Below are positions 40,250 through 53,983 of a stretch of DNA of 64,000 bases, one piece after another. The DNA is from Eledone cirrhosa (lineage: Eukaryota), in the NCBI GenBank assembly GCA_964016885.1, contig OZ024741.1, positions 302,436,001 to 302,500,000 of the forward strand, written 5' to 3'. Below the pieces are notes generated by a model. It was given only the letters and a program-made list of their open reading frames with translations, had not been told where the DNA came from and did not search any database. The translations under genes and the position numbers were made by a program. The stretch's first letter is position 1. Each line of letters opens with the position of its first letter.

Positions 40250-41744
40250 TACCGTATATACTTGAATATAAGCCATCCCCCTATTTTATGTCTGAAAAAC
40301 AGGCAAAATTCCAAACCCTGTTTATAGGCTGAGGCAGGTAATCAGTACATGTTTAGATGGTGTGGTTTGGAAATTTTCATGAATGGAGAATATATTTATG
40401 AAGTTTTAATATTTTGATGCTTTAACCCTTTAGCATTCACATTGAATTGTCAAATGTCATGTTCATTTATTCGCATTATTTTCACTTAATTATACTGAAG
40501 GATGAAGGATGACAGCTGCATAAAAAGGTGCAGAGCACTAGAAGTTGATGGAAACCGCGGAGTGGGGAGACCCAAGATGACTTGGGATGAGGTGATAAAA
40601 GCCGACCTTACCCAACTACACCTCTCAAAGTCAATGACACACGACCGTGACTTCTGGCGTCACGCAGTAATACAGGGTACCCGACCTCCCATGGGTACAT
40701 GCTGAAGCATATAAACAATATGCCCCCCCCCCCCACCGCAAGGTGGTCGTGGAGGTGCCACGGCAAAAAAAGCACCCAGCCCACACTGTAAAGTGGACGT
40801 GTAGGCGCCACGAAAAAGCACCCAGCACTCACTGTAAATGAGGTTGGTGTTAGGAAGGGCATCCAGCTGTAGAAATCAAGCCAGATCAGTTCCTGTATGA
40901 GCAAGGCATGGTCAGCCGACCAGACACTGCCCACAACAGGACAACCCGTCTAACCCATGCTAGCGTGGAAGAACGGACGTAAAACGGTGATGATGATGAT
41001 GATACTCAAGAGGGTTATCAATTTTATTTGTTTGTAATTACTTTAATTTTCTATGTGCAGACTTGAAATTTTGTCAGTAGATGTTTAAAGAACTATAATT
41101 TACAATTATATATTTTTACCTGATTTTTTTTTGTTAAATTTGACTTTTATGGGCAGGTGAAATTAATTAACAGGTGTAAAAGTAATAACTTTATGGATAA
41201 ACACAAAAATTTAAACTTTATCTGCCTTACCTGTTAGATTTGTTGCAAAAAAATCCAATAATGATCTAGATGCTGATTTCCATCAATTCTAGCAGTTTTC
41301 CGAACAGGTGAATTAATTAAAAATGCAGGTGTAATCAGTACAAGGTTTTAGTCTTTCTCTACATTCCAGGCAAATATTTTCATTGAAAAAAATGTATAAA
41401 ACCTTTTCACCAGTCAAAATAATATTGGCAATGTACTCTTACACAATGTACGGTGTAAAATTACGTAACAGAATGTTCCCAATATATAAGTTCATTAAGA
41501 GTTGTTTAGAGTATAGTTTTTGTTTCAGAATTCCATTTCTTAATGATTTGATTCCCAACTTCCGACCGTTTTGAAGGCCATATTCAGTCAAAACACTTCA
41601 AAAACAATAGGAAATACTAATTTACAGAGAATTTTAAAGTTGGTGAAAATTGGCAAAATACTATTCTCTGATATAAATTAACCTCCATATTACCATTGGT
41701 TTTTTGTTGCATATATATTGGCTTATATACGAGAATATATGGTA
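40250..41744. mobile_element. Tigger/pogo-like non-autonomous element (nested)
   Basis: TA-CCGTATATACTTGAATATAAGCC ... GGCTTATATACGAGAATATATGG-TA. Confidence 0.7.
40495..41002 (+). mobile_element. RTE LINE 3' fragment
   Basis: ORF 40502-40705; 3' UTR and (TGA)n tail. Confidence 0.88.
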
Positions 41745-42634
41745 AATAGTAACCCTTTAAAATGGTTGGCTTCATTTCATAGAACTAGAACCAGTTTCGG
41801 GCGTGTTGCAATCAAAAAGGTTAAATTTTTACATATAACATTATGTTTATATAGTATTTTATTCATATAACATTAAATTAACATTTCAAGTTATGAAGTC
41901 ATCACAAAGTTATATTTGTTGAAAGTCATTTGAGAATTTAAAGATTATTCTTAATAATTATTTCTACTTCTGGCACAAGGCCGACAATAATCCCAGTGCA
42001 TTACTGGTACTTTATTTTATCGACCTCGTAAAGATGAAAGTCAAAGTTAAGCTCGGGGCAGGATTTGAACTCAGACCATAAAGGGACGTAACTCTTTGCT
42101 GCAAAGCATGGCGTCTGACCCTCTACCGATACTGCCAATCCACCGCCTTTAATAATATGGGTAAAAATTTATTAGCCTGAGATACATTATTAAAGAGATA
42201 AACACAAGGTTGTTATTCCAAGCTCACCTCTATAAGATTATTACAAAAAGCAAAATTTATTCAGGTTAACATTTTAAGTTATAAAGATCAAACAAATCTC
42301 TTTTTTTTTAAAGAATAGTCAATTAAAACCATTCAGGTTATTTTTTATTATTCTTAATTGTTTGGGGAGAAATTTGTCAGCCTGTATTACACATTTGACC
42401 CCAAGCAAGTATTACAAGTCAAAAATGAACAGTATTCATTTCTTGATTGTATCAAATATATAGACTTGACATGAGCAGTCTGAGGGGTGGCATCATCACT
42501 AATATAAATGTATATGTGTGTGTGTATATATATCGTCCAAAACGTTAAGACCCTCTTCCTGCTATATCAAGCATTAACCTAATATATACCTTCCATATAC
42601 TGTACCGATTGTGTTGTTATTTCTGTTTACCTTT

Positions 42635-42673
<39 letters not shown>

Positions 42674-43008
42674 TCATCATCATCATCATCATTTCATTTT
42701 ACGTCCGCTTTTTCCCTGCTTGCAAGGGTGGGACGGGAACTGATGCTGGCTTGATTTCTACAGCTGGATGCCCTTCCTAACACCAACCTCATTTACAGTG
42801 AGTGCTGGGTGCTTTTTTGCCGTGGCACCTCCACGACCACTTTGCAGTGGTATGATATGGATCCCAGTCCCTATCACCTCAGTTCTACTGGAGCAATGTG
42901 AAATAAAGTGTCTTGCTCAAGGAAACAATACATCACACGGTCTGAGAATTGAACTCACAACCTTTCGATTGCAAGGCCAATGCTCTAACCACTAAGCCAT
43001 GTGCCTCC

Positions 43009-43267
<259 letters not shown>

Positions 43268-44299
43268 CTCCCTAATGACCCGGGTAGGTAGACAATGGCT
43301 GAAACATCCCACTTGCCGAATAAGATAGGGGAAACCCCAGCTTACATAGGTAGATGTACCTCTTTTCTTTTCCTTTCTGTTTTCTTCTTCCCTTTGTCTC
43401 CTCCTGTCACTTCCTTCCACTCCCGATCTTCTTCCTCTTCCTTTTTCCCCTTTCGCCTACCCCGAGGCAGCCCATCGGGCCTCTGTAGCCTCAGTAAACC
43501 CACCCCAGTAAATTAAAGATAGTATTGGCCGAAAACACAATACAAACTAATCATAGCAGCTGTGTTAGACCCCAGAGATTTTGTATTACTTTTTACTACC
43601 CAATTCTATAACTTCAAAAATTCTTATTTAGTATCTTCTATTCTCAACTTATTAACCTATTCTATAGCATTGGCCAAAAACGCAACACCAACTAAATATA
43701 GCAGCTGTTTTAGACTCTACAGTTTTTTATCACTTCTTACTATCCAATTTTATATTTTTATATATTTTTTCTCTTATTTATTTAGTATCTCCTAATCTCA
43801 ATTGATTTACCTGTTCTATAACATCCCTTCTCTATTTTCTCCAGAACCCTTTTTCGCCTATTACCTCTGACCTAGTTTCATACACAATCCTTAGAATTTG
43901 CTGTATAGATTTCACTTTCAATGGCTCCACCCACTCCCTCATTGTTCTACAGGCAGGTTCAGCCACCCCCACCTCCCACCCACTGCCATCATAGACTTAA
44001 TTGTGTTTACAAGAAATTTTGACCAATCCTCTTGACAACTACAATCTTCCCATATAAAGAAGTACCCCTTGAAAAGTTGTTTAACCCTGATGGCAGAGCT
44101 CAAGCCGTTTCAACGGCTATTTCTGGACTCGGCGTTATTATCCACTCTACTACCCTAAGTATTGATTACTCTGGTGCGTTATGGTCCATCTGGTTCCTTA
44201 CCACACTACCTTCATTATATATATATATATATATATAACGAAATATGAAATGATGATGATGATATATATATCATCATCATCATCATCATCATCATCGTT

Positions 44300-45920
44300 T
44301 AACCACCAGGTCAACAAAAGCTAAGTATAGTGGCTTATTCTTCTCTAAGAACCTCTCTTGTAATTGTCTCACTAAGAAGAGGGCATCTGTTGTACTTTTC
44401 CCAGGCACAAAACCAAACTGAACTCATCTAGTTTGACCCTTTCTCTAATTAGTTGTGCTAATATCCTTTCTACCACTTTCATAACCTGATCCATCAGTTT
44501 TCAATCTAGCTGTCAAAAAGGATCTAGCTGTCAAAAAGGCCGGAGCTCAGCTGTCGAGGTCCTGAATCTTTTCATATTACCTACTCTACTAACCCAATTA
44601 TTGAGTACTCTGATACATTATGGTTCAACCTCTTTGTTTTATATGTATGTATATATATATATATATATATATATCATCATCATCATTTTTCGTTTGCTGT
44701 TCCATGTTTGCATGAGTTATATGGCTCTTTTTCAACACAGCATCTATTCACTCGCCACATATCTTTGTCATCCCCTCTGTGAGCTTCAGCAATTTGAGAT
44801 AAACTCTCACCACTTCCAATCAGGTCTTCTTCTACTGGGACTTCCTTCTGCTGGGATTTCATGGCACTTTTTCACCCAGTAGTGACCATCCATTCACATC
44901 ACATGTTCATACCAACACAGTCCACAGTCATCTCATTCATCTAATTCTTCTTATACCTAGTTTTTCTCTTAGTTCCTCTGTGCTTTGTCATTCACGCACA
45001 TTAATATTGCACATTCATTGAAGGTTGCTTGCTTCATTCCTCTCCAACCTTCTCATATGCTCTGTGTTCACTGCTCATGTCTCACTATCAAGCAGCATCG
45101 CACTTTGCACACAAGCATAGTACAGCTGACCTTTTGTTTGTTAGGAGAAACCTTTTGTTGTCAACAGGGGTAGTAGCTCCCTAAACCTCTCCTATCCTGT
45201 CCTTATTCTAGCTACCATGCTTTCAAAGCACCCTCTTCAACTGCTAATTATATCACCTAGGTAGCAGAAGCTATCAAGCACATGGAATTGGAAAAGAGTT
45301 TATATCACTGGCATTCTTACTATGAATTGTCCCTGAATATCTACTAAATACAAAGTCTTCGTTTCCTGTTAGTCTGCCTGCTATCCCACTACACCTCTTG
45401 TGTACCCAAGATTCGCATTGTGTACATTATAGAATTTATGCCTACTGCTTTTCCACATATTGAGCAGGGCTCCCTCCCTTTGGTTTTTGCTAAGTTCTAG
45501 GTTCCACAATCAGAGTTTATTTTCTAGATCTTCCACAGATTCAGCTATGAGAGCCAGATCATCAGCATACAGAAGTTCCCTTGAACAACCAGTCTTAAAC
45601 TCCTGTTATGGCCTGGAGGACTATAATAAACAGAAGTGGACCGAGGACTAAACCCTGAGGCACACCTACCTGTACCTTGAACTCCTTTACCAACAGCTCC
45701 TCTGTATATGGCTTGTACCTCTCTCACAAGCCACTTTTCTACACCTAGTTTCCTTAAGGATCATCAGATTGCAACTCACTGTCAAAGGTTTTCTCTAGAT
45801 GAACAAAAGCTAGATATAGTTGCTTGCATTTAGCTAGGAATCCTTGTAGTTGTCACTAAAAATAGGACATCTGTAGTGCTCCTCTCTAGCATAAAGCCAA
45901 ACTGCATCTCATTTGATTTG
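44300..45920 (-). mobile_element. Old degenerate RTE LINE
   Basis: Reverse-complement similarity to the RT region ([16 protein letters not shown]) with many stops. Confidence 0.75.
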
Positions 45921-45922
45921 AC

Positions 45923-45955
<33 letters not shown>

Positions 45956-45990
45956 TGATTTAAATGCTAATTTTTCCATCTATATATTTG

Positions 45991-46144
<154 letters not shown>

Positions 46145-46622
46145 CAAATATATAGATGGAAAAATTAGCATTTAAATCATTTTTAATTTCTTATACATGT
46201 TTCAAGAGAGTTGTACATCCAATTATTCAAATAATGTTAGGTGAAAATGTATATAATTAAGATCTATACATACACAATTATATATAGGTATATTTTTGCA
46301 CTTCTCCATCATCGGAGGAATAAAAAAAATATATCAAATAGAATCAGAATGTGTCCGAAATTCAATTTGTACCTTAGATAGGACAGGGGACGTTACAAGA
46401 TGAACCATTGGCATGGTGAATATGTAAAATGTATATAGGAGGCAATACTTTATAGCCCATTGAGTTGTTTGTTCAAACTGATATGTTCCATTGGGTTAGT
46501 AATTGAAGAGGAAAGATTCACAGAAGTGGTTTCTCATTGCCTCCTCTAGACCTGTGCTGAAAATGAAGGAAACTTATTGGGCAGCTTCACCCCCTAAGAA
46601 ATAACAATATAACAGAGTTTGG

Positions 46623-46624
<2 letters not shown>

Positions 46625-46684
<60 letters not shown>

Positions 46685-46720
46685 GAGAGATAACAGAGAA
46701 AGAGAGAAAGAAAGAGAGAT
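46625..46720. repeat. (GA)n microsatellite
   Basis: Direct reading. Confidence 0.95.
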
Positions 46721-47147
46721 TTTTTTGTGTACTTAATGCAATAATTAATCTTTGTACCACAAGAGAAGATTTATAATAGTTGAGAAAATTTAATTGTCTA
46801 ATTAATCTGATAAACACTAATTGATAAAAAAAAACCCAACAGCATATATCTAATACAGATAGAGTAATGCTTGCTCTATCTTCAGACATTATGTTATATG
46901 GAGAAAGATAGGAGAGTGGAATATAATATATATATATTAAATTTTGTACTATTTGTACTAAGCAGCTGAAATATATGTGAAGTTTTGACTGATTGTAAAA
47001 AATATATATAAAAACACATATTGTATGTAAATATGTCAAATTTATATATTTCCCTCTAAATGAAAACAATGATCATCACAAGGAAATAACTAACTAATGG
47101 TCTTATATTGATTACATGTTTATTGACTTTCTTTAAATGATCTATAA

Positions 47148-47601
47148 TATCAATGGTGAGTACTATGCCAACTTGCTGGGGCAGTTATGAAAGGCTATCA
47201 AGACCAAACAACTAGGAAAACTGACAAAAGGTGTCTTGTTTCATCAGGACAATGCTCACAAATCCTTGGTTTCAATGGCTGCTGTGTGTGACTGTGGCTT
47301 TGAACTGGTTGATCACCCTCTCTATTTTCTTGATTTGGCCCCATCTGACTATCGTCTGTTCTCCAACATGAAAAAACACTTGGCTTGGAACCAGTATTGC
47401 AGTGATGATGATGTCATATCTGCTGTTGATGACCTTTTTGACCAAGATGAAAACTTCTTCGCCAATGAGATCCAAGCACTGCAACACTGATGGAGAAGTT
47501 TGTGGACTGCAAGGGGGACTATGTTGAGAAATAAATCTCATTTTGTCACACTCCATGAAAGTATCTTGGTCAGCCTATGAACGTTTCAGCTGAGCCTCAT
47601 A
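47148..47601 (+). mobile_element. Mariner transposase 3' fragment with terminal repeat (pseudogene)
   Basis: INGEYYANLL..., FHQDNA, DHPLYFLDLAPSDYRLF (degenerate YSPDLAPSD); in-frame stops; ends ...CCTCA-TA. Confidence 0.88.
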
Positions 47602-47705
47602 GAAGCATGAGTAAAATGTGGCCCTTCCAACCCATCCAGTCTGACCATAACAATCCATCTATTCCACACCTGCATGGAAAACGAATGTAAAATGATGTTA
47701 ATGAT

Positions 47706-47741
<36 letters not shown>

Positions 47742-47925
47742 GGTTTGTTGGTTCACCACTGGATAGAATTGGTCATTCTGTATGGTCAACCTCGATGTAA
47801 TATTAGGGAGAGCACTCGACATAATGCAACTCACCCATCTTTGTGTAGTTGGTGGTGTGAGTACGGAGTTAATTATTATAATATAACAGGAGGCTGGACT
47901 TGTGTAAATCCTTGAAAGGTTTATT

Positions 47926-47983
47926 ATACTATGATAATTTCAATCACTGGGTTCCGTATGAATCCGGTGATATCATCAGGTAT
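47926..47983 (-). ncRNA. Type I hammerhead ribozyme motif (stem II closing pair mismatched)
   Basis: ATAC-CTGATGA-TATCAC...GTGATT-GAAA-TTATCA-TA^GTAT; host element related to 2505-2720. Confidence 0.5.
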
Positions 47984-48089
47984 TCGAAATATAACAAAGG
48001 AATATAACATAAAATCCATGGAGCTGAAAATCATAGACAAGAGGACGACCGACTATTTAGCATCTTCTACTTTAGTCGGTCGCCCTCAA

Positions 48090-48130
<41 letters not shown>

Positions 48131-48152
48131 GTTAGAAAGTGAACAACACAAT

Positions 48153-48240
48153 ATATAACTACTCCATTACCAAAGGTTTCAGGACCCTAGACAATATTAA
48201 CATACATCTAGTTCACTCATCAGATAGAAAGTAGTTATAT
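48153..48240 (-). ncRNA. Type I hammerhead ribozyme motif
   Basis: ATATAACTACT..CTAT-CTGATGA-stem II (CTAGA/TCTAG)-GAAA-CC TTT GG-TA^ATGG-AGTAGTTATAT; GUA triplet; cleavage predicted at 48168/48167. Confidence 0.7.
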
Positions 48241-48364
48241 ATCATGTTGTTCACTTTCTAATTAAATAGCTCTGTATTATACATAGAGCACTCTTTTTTC
48301 CTTTGCTTTTTCTTCGGAAATACTTAACATATATATACATATATATAATATATACATATATATA

Positions 48365-48507
<143 letters not shown>

Positions 48508-48956
48508 AAGTGGTGTGCTCTTGCCTAGAGATGCTATAAAATATAAAATAGCTTATAAAATATGGTGAAGACCCTTAAAAATGGAAAAAGACGTTGCCAT
48601 CTGGAAGATATGAAGTTTAATTCCTCGTAGCATCTGATGGCGACTTCTTTATCCATCTTTAAGGGTTTTCACATTATTTTATAAGCTAATTTATAGCATC
48701 TCCTCACATGAGCACACCACTCTTTATATTAACTTTATCCCCCCAGAGATCCAAGAGATACATATATGTTTATTTATATATATATTCTTAGGAAATGTAA
48801 AAAATCTATAACACAGAAAATAACTGTAAACACAGTTGACTGCTATAAATAGTATCATTGAAAGTTATTATTTATAACAATCGACTCTATTCAAGATTTT
48901 CTAGATTTCTTAAGAATTTCAGCTCACTCGGACGTAAAATGATGATGATGATGATG

Positions 48957-48990
<34 letters not shown>

Positions 48991-48997
48991 TTATAAA

Positions 48998-49078
<81 letters not shown>

Positions 49079-49094
49079 TATATATATATATATA

Positions 49095-50270
49095 CAGGTC
49101 ACTCTCATGTGCTACTGGTTACATGTAACCCAGTACAACCTGTGTTGCATAGTCGGGTTGTCGGTGACTAAATTGGCAACCCCGTCAAGCTGGCTTGGTG
49201 AGGAGGGTGATTTTTTTTTTACATTCTATGGGAGGGAAAATAAAACCCATTAAAGGTTGGCAGAACTCATATGAGTCAACAGCCATCAAAAGGTTTACAA
49301 GGAAAACCCTGATACAAAATCTGATGTTGAATCAGTTGCTGGTCATCCCAACCTATATTGGGCCATCGGGTTTTCCTGCTAGTTCTGTCTGAAAAGTGGG
49401 CAAGGTTCTGTGTAAGCCACATCCACTATAATCAAATTCCCCCACAGGAACTTCTTAGACCCTTGAACAAATAACAGATAATGTTTCATCCAAAAGACCT
49501 ATGCTGATGGGGAGAGCTGTGGTGTGTACAGGCATAACAAACTGGAAGTACATAGTAGTTGATCGGTTTGTCTCCAAACTTAGGCAATGGTACATCTCAA
49601 CAGCACCCCAAGTAACTGAGAAGCCCTTTCGAGTGATAGTACTGTGCACCTGCTAACCAGGAGGGACCTAGAAAAGGTGATCTAAACAAAGCTTGCCTAT
49701 TTCTGAGCTGGCTAGCAACCTGTGGCTGGCGACTATTCACTCACGTGGGCAAAATACTTTTAATGAAGTGACTAATAAGATAAATCATGGGCAGAATGCG
49801 GCATCTTTGAAATTGCATCCTGGAGTCAACATATGGTATTGAATTTACCAGGCTCAAATCATCTTGAATGCTAAACTGCTTTCATCTATAAAGAGTTCCA
49901 TCAATATCAACTGGATATTGTCAGTCTCTCTAAAACACAGCTATCTGAGGATGGCCAGCTAGAGGAACTAGACTCAGGCTACACCTTATTCTACAAAGGT
50001 CGATCAGCAGATGCTGACAAGAGTCGGTTTTGCTTTAAGAACTTTCCTGGTGCAATATCTGACAAAGCTTCTGAATGGTATTTTGCATCAGATTATGACA
50101 CTTAGGTTGTCCACTTTTACCATTTTATGACTTTGCTCAGTGTGTACTCTCCAACTGTTGCAACACCCTGAAAAGAAATAGATAAATTTTATGTGGATCT
50201 GTGAATAGTCTTCAAAAATGTAAATGGGGAAAATAAACTTGTAGTTTTGGGTGATTTAAATGCATATGAT
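49095..50270 (+). mobile_element. 5' end of a LINE (5' UTR plus degenerate APE endonuclease, probably RTE-type)
   Basis: SVYSPT and VVLGDLNA remnants; 5' UTR shared with 55358-55100(-) and 26000-26250. Confidence 0.65.
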
Positions 50271-50279
50271 ATACACAAT

Positions 50280-51130
50280 GCCAATTGCGAGTACACAAGA
50301 GGTGTTAGTAAGATAGAAGGGAGTCTAACAGAAAAAGAAGATTGTATTTCATAGATGCTCAGGAATAATTGATAAGAAGAGCATCAGTGATATATACCTT
50401 TTCCAATCCCAGGAAGGATCCATAGAAATGCTAGATAGCTTCTGCTACCTTGGTGATCTAATTGGCAGTGGAGGAGGATACTCTGAGAGCATAGTAGCCA
50501 TTTCCTCAGCTGACAAGAGATTTCTCTCTATGGATGAAAGCCAACTGTATGATGCCTATGTATGAAGTGCAATGTTGCATGGTAGTGAGACATGGGCAGT
50601 GAATGCAGAGGATGTGTGAAGACTGGAGAGAAATGAAGCAAGCATGCTTCGATTGATGTGCAATGTTAATACACACACACACATATATATATATATCCTT
50701 GCCTATGTACAAAGCGAAACCTACAGCCAGTAGGCACCTCTTAACCAAATATACACCCCAATCCACTACCCCTACCCTATCCTCCCACTCCCACCAGCAC
50801 CACCCCTTCTCTATAAAGTTGGTACCACAACATTCAGTCCAAATAAATGAGATAAATGAGATCGAGATCAAGATCGTGTAGGTGTCACGAGAAAAAAAAC
50901 ACAGAGTCCACGCTGTAATGTGGCCATGTAGGTAGCACGGTAAAAAGTTCCCAGTTCCACACTGTAAGTGTGGTTGGTGTTAGGAAGGGCATCCAGCCGT
51001 AGAAAACCTGCCAGATAGTCCTATATGAGCGAGACATGGTCACCCGACCAACCTTGCCTCAAGTGGGACAACTCCCGTCTAACCCATGCTAGCGTGGAAA
51101 GTGGACGTTAAACCAGGATGATGATGATGA

Positions 51131-51133
<3 letters not shown>
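50280..51133 (+). mobile_element. RTE LINE fragments
   Basis: FCYLGD and LHGSETW remnants; 50698-51133 closely matches 21478-21857. Confidence 0.8.
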
Positions 51134-51205
<72 letters not shown>

Positions 51206-51543
51206 TATTTATATATTATATATATCATCATCATCATCATCACCGATTTACGTCCGTTCTTCCATGCTAGCATGGGTTATATATATATATATACATATAT
51301 ATATACACACAAGCAGTGTGTCCGTGAAACTAGGATGTTATGCAGGAAAAGTGTGTCCAAAATGACACTGGTGAACTTAGCATCATTGATGTTGAAAGAA
51401 AGAGGCCTGGAAATGGTATTCAAGAGGTTGATGAATGTGGAGAATGAGTGGGAAGATGAGAGACTATCCGCAGCTGACCCAACAGAAGGACTAGCTATTG
51501 AAATTGACAGGTATAGAAGCAAGCAAGAGGAAAATTGGTAAAG

Positions 51544-51579
<36 letters not shown>

Positions 51580-51751
51580 AGTAGTGCTCAATCAGAAAAA
51601 GAGCAGAAATATTATATTATTTATTTATGTTCATTCATGGAATAAAAGTGGTGCCTAAAGTTTCAAGGTCGAATAATGACCATACCTCCAGAATCCAAGA
51701 AGGATCAAAATAGTGACCTATTTTGGGGTGATTATATATATATATATATAT

Positions 51752-52745
51752 ATGGAAACCGCAGAGTTGGGAGACCCAAGAAGACCTGGGATGAGGTGAT
51801 AAAATCCGACCTTACCCAATTACACCTCTCAAAGGCGATGTCACACGACCGTGACCTCTGGCGTCATGCAGTAATACAGAATACTCGACCTCCCATGGGT
51901 ACAAGCTGAAGCATATAGACAATATGCCCCCACTGCAAAGTGGTCGTGGAGGTGACACGGCAAAAAAAGCACCTAGCCCACACTGTAAAGTGGATGCGTA
52001 GGCGCCACGGAAAAAAGCACCCAGCACTCACTGTAAATGAGGTTGGTGTTAGGAAGGGCATCCAGCTGTAGAAATCAAGCCAAAATCAGTTCCTGTATGA
52101 GCAAGGCATGGTCAGCCGACCAGACACTGTTCACAACAGGACAACCCGTCTAACCCATGCTAGCATGGAAAAACGGACGTAAAACGGTGATGATGATGAT
52201 GATGATGATGATGATATATATGTGTATGTATGTATATATATCATCATCATCATCATCACTGTTTAAAGTCCATTTTCCACGCTAGCATGGGGTAGACGAA
52301 TTGTCCTGTTGTGGGCAATGTTAGGTCAGATGACCATGTCTTTCTCATACAGAACTGATTTTGGCTTGATTTCTACAGCTGGATGCCCTTCCTAATGCCA
52401 ACCTCATTTACAGTGAGTACTGGGTGCTTTTTGTCATGACACCTACACAACCACTTTACAGGGTGGGCTGGGCACTTTTTGCCATGTTGCCATTACAACT
52501 ACTTTACAGTGTGGGCTTCACTGGATGTATATTTCAGCCTTCCTCATGGGAGATGTATGGGGGGTGCATACTATATATATGCTTCAGCTTTGGTCTGTGC
52601 CCGTGGGAAGTCGGGTCTTCGGTATTACCGCATAATGCCAGAGATGTCGGTCCCATGTCATCGCCTTTAAGAGGTGCAATTGGGCAAGGTCAGCTTTTAT
52701 CACCTTGTACCAAGACTTCCTGGGTCTTCCCACTCCGTGGCTTTC
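51752..52745. mobile_element. Two RTE 3' fragments, tail-to-tail (51752-52214 +, 52241-52745 -)
   Basis: Same 3' UTR in opposite orientations, separated by (TGA)n/(TCA)n tails. Confidence 0.85.
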
Positions 52746-53054
52746 ATATATATATGAAAAGACTCAGGACCCCGATGGCTGTGCTCCGGCTAGATCCGAA
52801 CGTTGGGGTCCTGAATCTTTTCATATTACCCTCTCTACTACCCCAAGTATTGAGTACTCTGGTGGGTTATGGTCCACCTGGTCTTTTACCACACCTTTTC
52901 TGATATATATAATTAGAATTTAGCTTCGAGCATAGCTGTATACAGATATGTATTGGAATTTCGGATTTCTAAAGAAATACGGCCTGTTTATAAATAAACA
53001 CTTAAAAAGCCGTAGCTATGCAAAAACGCCGGCAGCTATTGCCATCTGGTGGTG

Positions 53055-53144
53055 TCCAGCAGAAGCAAGGGGACAATCATCGATGTATTTCAAACTGAAC
53101 TGGTTCTCATCAGGACGATCCCTCCTGCTCTTGCATCTGCTGGA
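53055..53144 (-). ncRNA. Minimal type I hammerhead ribozyme motif
   Basis: ATCGTC-CTGATGA-GAAC cagttca GTTT-GAAA-TACA-TC^GATGAT; stem I extended by AGCAGG/CTTGCT and TCCAGCAGA/TCTGCTGGA. Confidence 0.72.
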
Positions 53145-53341
53145 ATTAGAAATAGGCAAGAATATATAGTTTTCTCGTCTGTATGTACAAATATATATAT
53201 ATATATATATATGGAAAGTTATATTTAAATTGTTGGGTTACAACTAGTAAATATTTATAACTGATATAAAAGCACTCAACAAGTATTTGGAGTATATTTA
53301 CGATATTAAATAAATGGAAACTATATTTATAAAACCATATT

Positions 53342-53407
53342 TATTTCATTATATATATTTCAGGGATATCATATTAACAATATGTTATGCCTTCTTCAGA
53401 CAAAATA
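53342..53407 (-). ncRNA. Type I hammerhead ribozyme motif (mirror copy in left arm)
   Basis: Reverse-complement copy of 53557-53622. Confidence 0.65.
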
Positions 53408-53556
53408 CAATATAGACAGTTTTATAGATAAATAGATTTGACATACCGTTCAACATCGACTTGTATTTGAAAAAGACTGCCAAATCAACTTTTTCAAATA
53501 CAAGTCGATGTTGAACGGTATGTCAAATCTATTTATCTATAAAACTGTCTATATTG

Positions 53557-53622
53557 TATTTTGTCTGAAGAAGGCATAACATATTGTTAATATGATATCC
53601 CTGAAATATATATAATGAAATA
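53557..53622 (+). ncRNA. Type I hammerhead ribozyme motif (right arm of palindrome)
   Basis: TATTTTGT-CTGAAGA-AGG..CATATT gtt AATATG..CCT-GAAA-TATATA-TA^ATGAAATA. Confidence 0.65.
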
Positions 53623-53663
53623 AATATGGTTTTATAAATATAGTTTCCATTTATTTAATATCG

Positions 53664-53695
<32 letters not shown>

Positions 53696-53836
53696 TATAT
53701 AGTGTATTTTGCAATACACTGTATGCTTAATTAAAAGCATGTGGAAGACCATACACTATTGTTTTAAAGTAGCGACAATGTCGCTTACTTAAATTTTCAG
53801 CAAACAAAATATCGCTATTTCAGAGCACCAATTCTA

Positions 53837-53910
<74 letters not shown>

Positions 53911-53983
53911 ATAATCAAGGTTTAGCAAATAAGAAAAAGTTTCAAAATAAATTAAAAAAAATTAACTTTACTCACTATGGTTA

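Larger units (their letters stand above)
53299..53665. repeat. Perfect palindrome, 177-bp arms with 13-nt spacer
   Basis: 53299-53475 is the reverse complement of 53489-53665. Confidence 0.95.

Noticed and set aside
53700-53840. Short TA-bounded inserts with GAAA...TA half-motifs (also 42530-42640)
   Set aside because: The 5' half of the hammerhead core is missing; possibly truncated family members but not supportable as ribozymes
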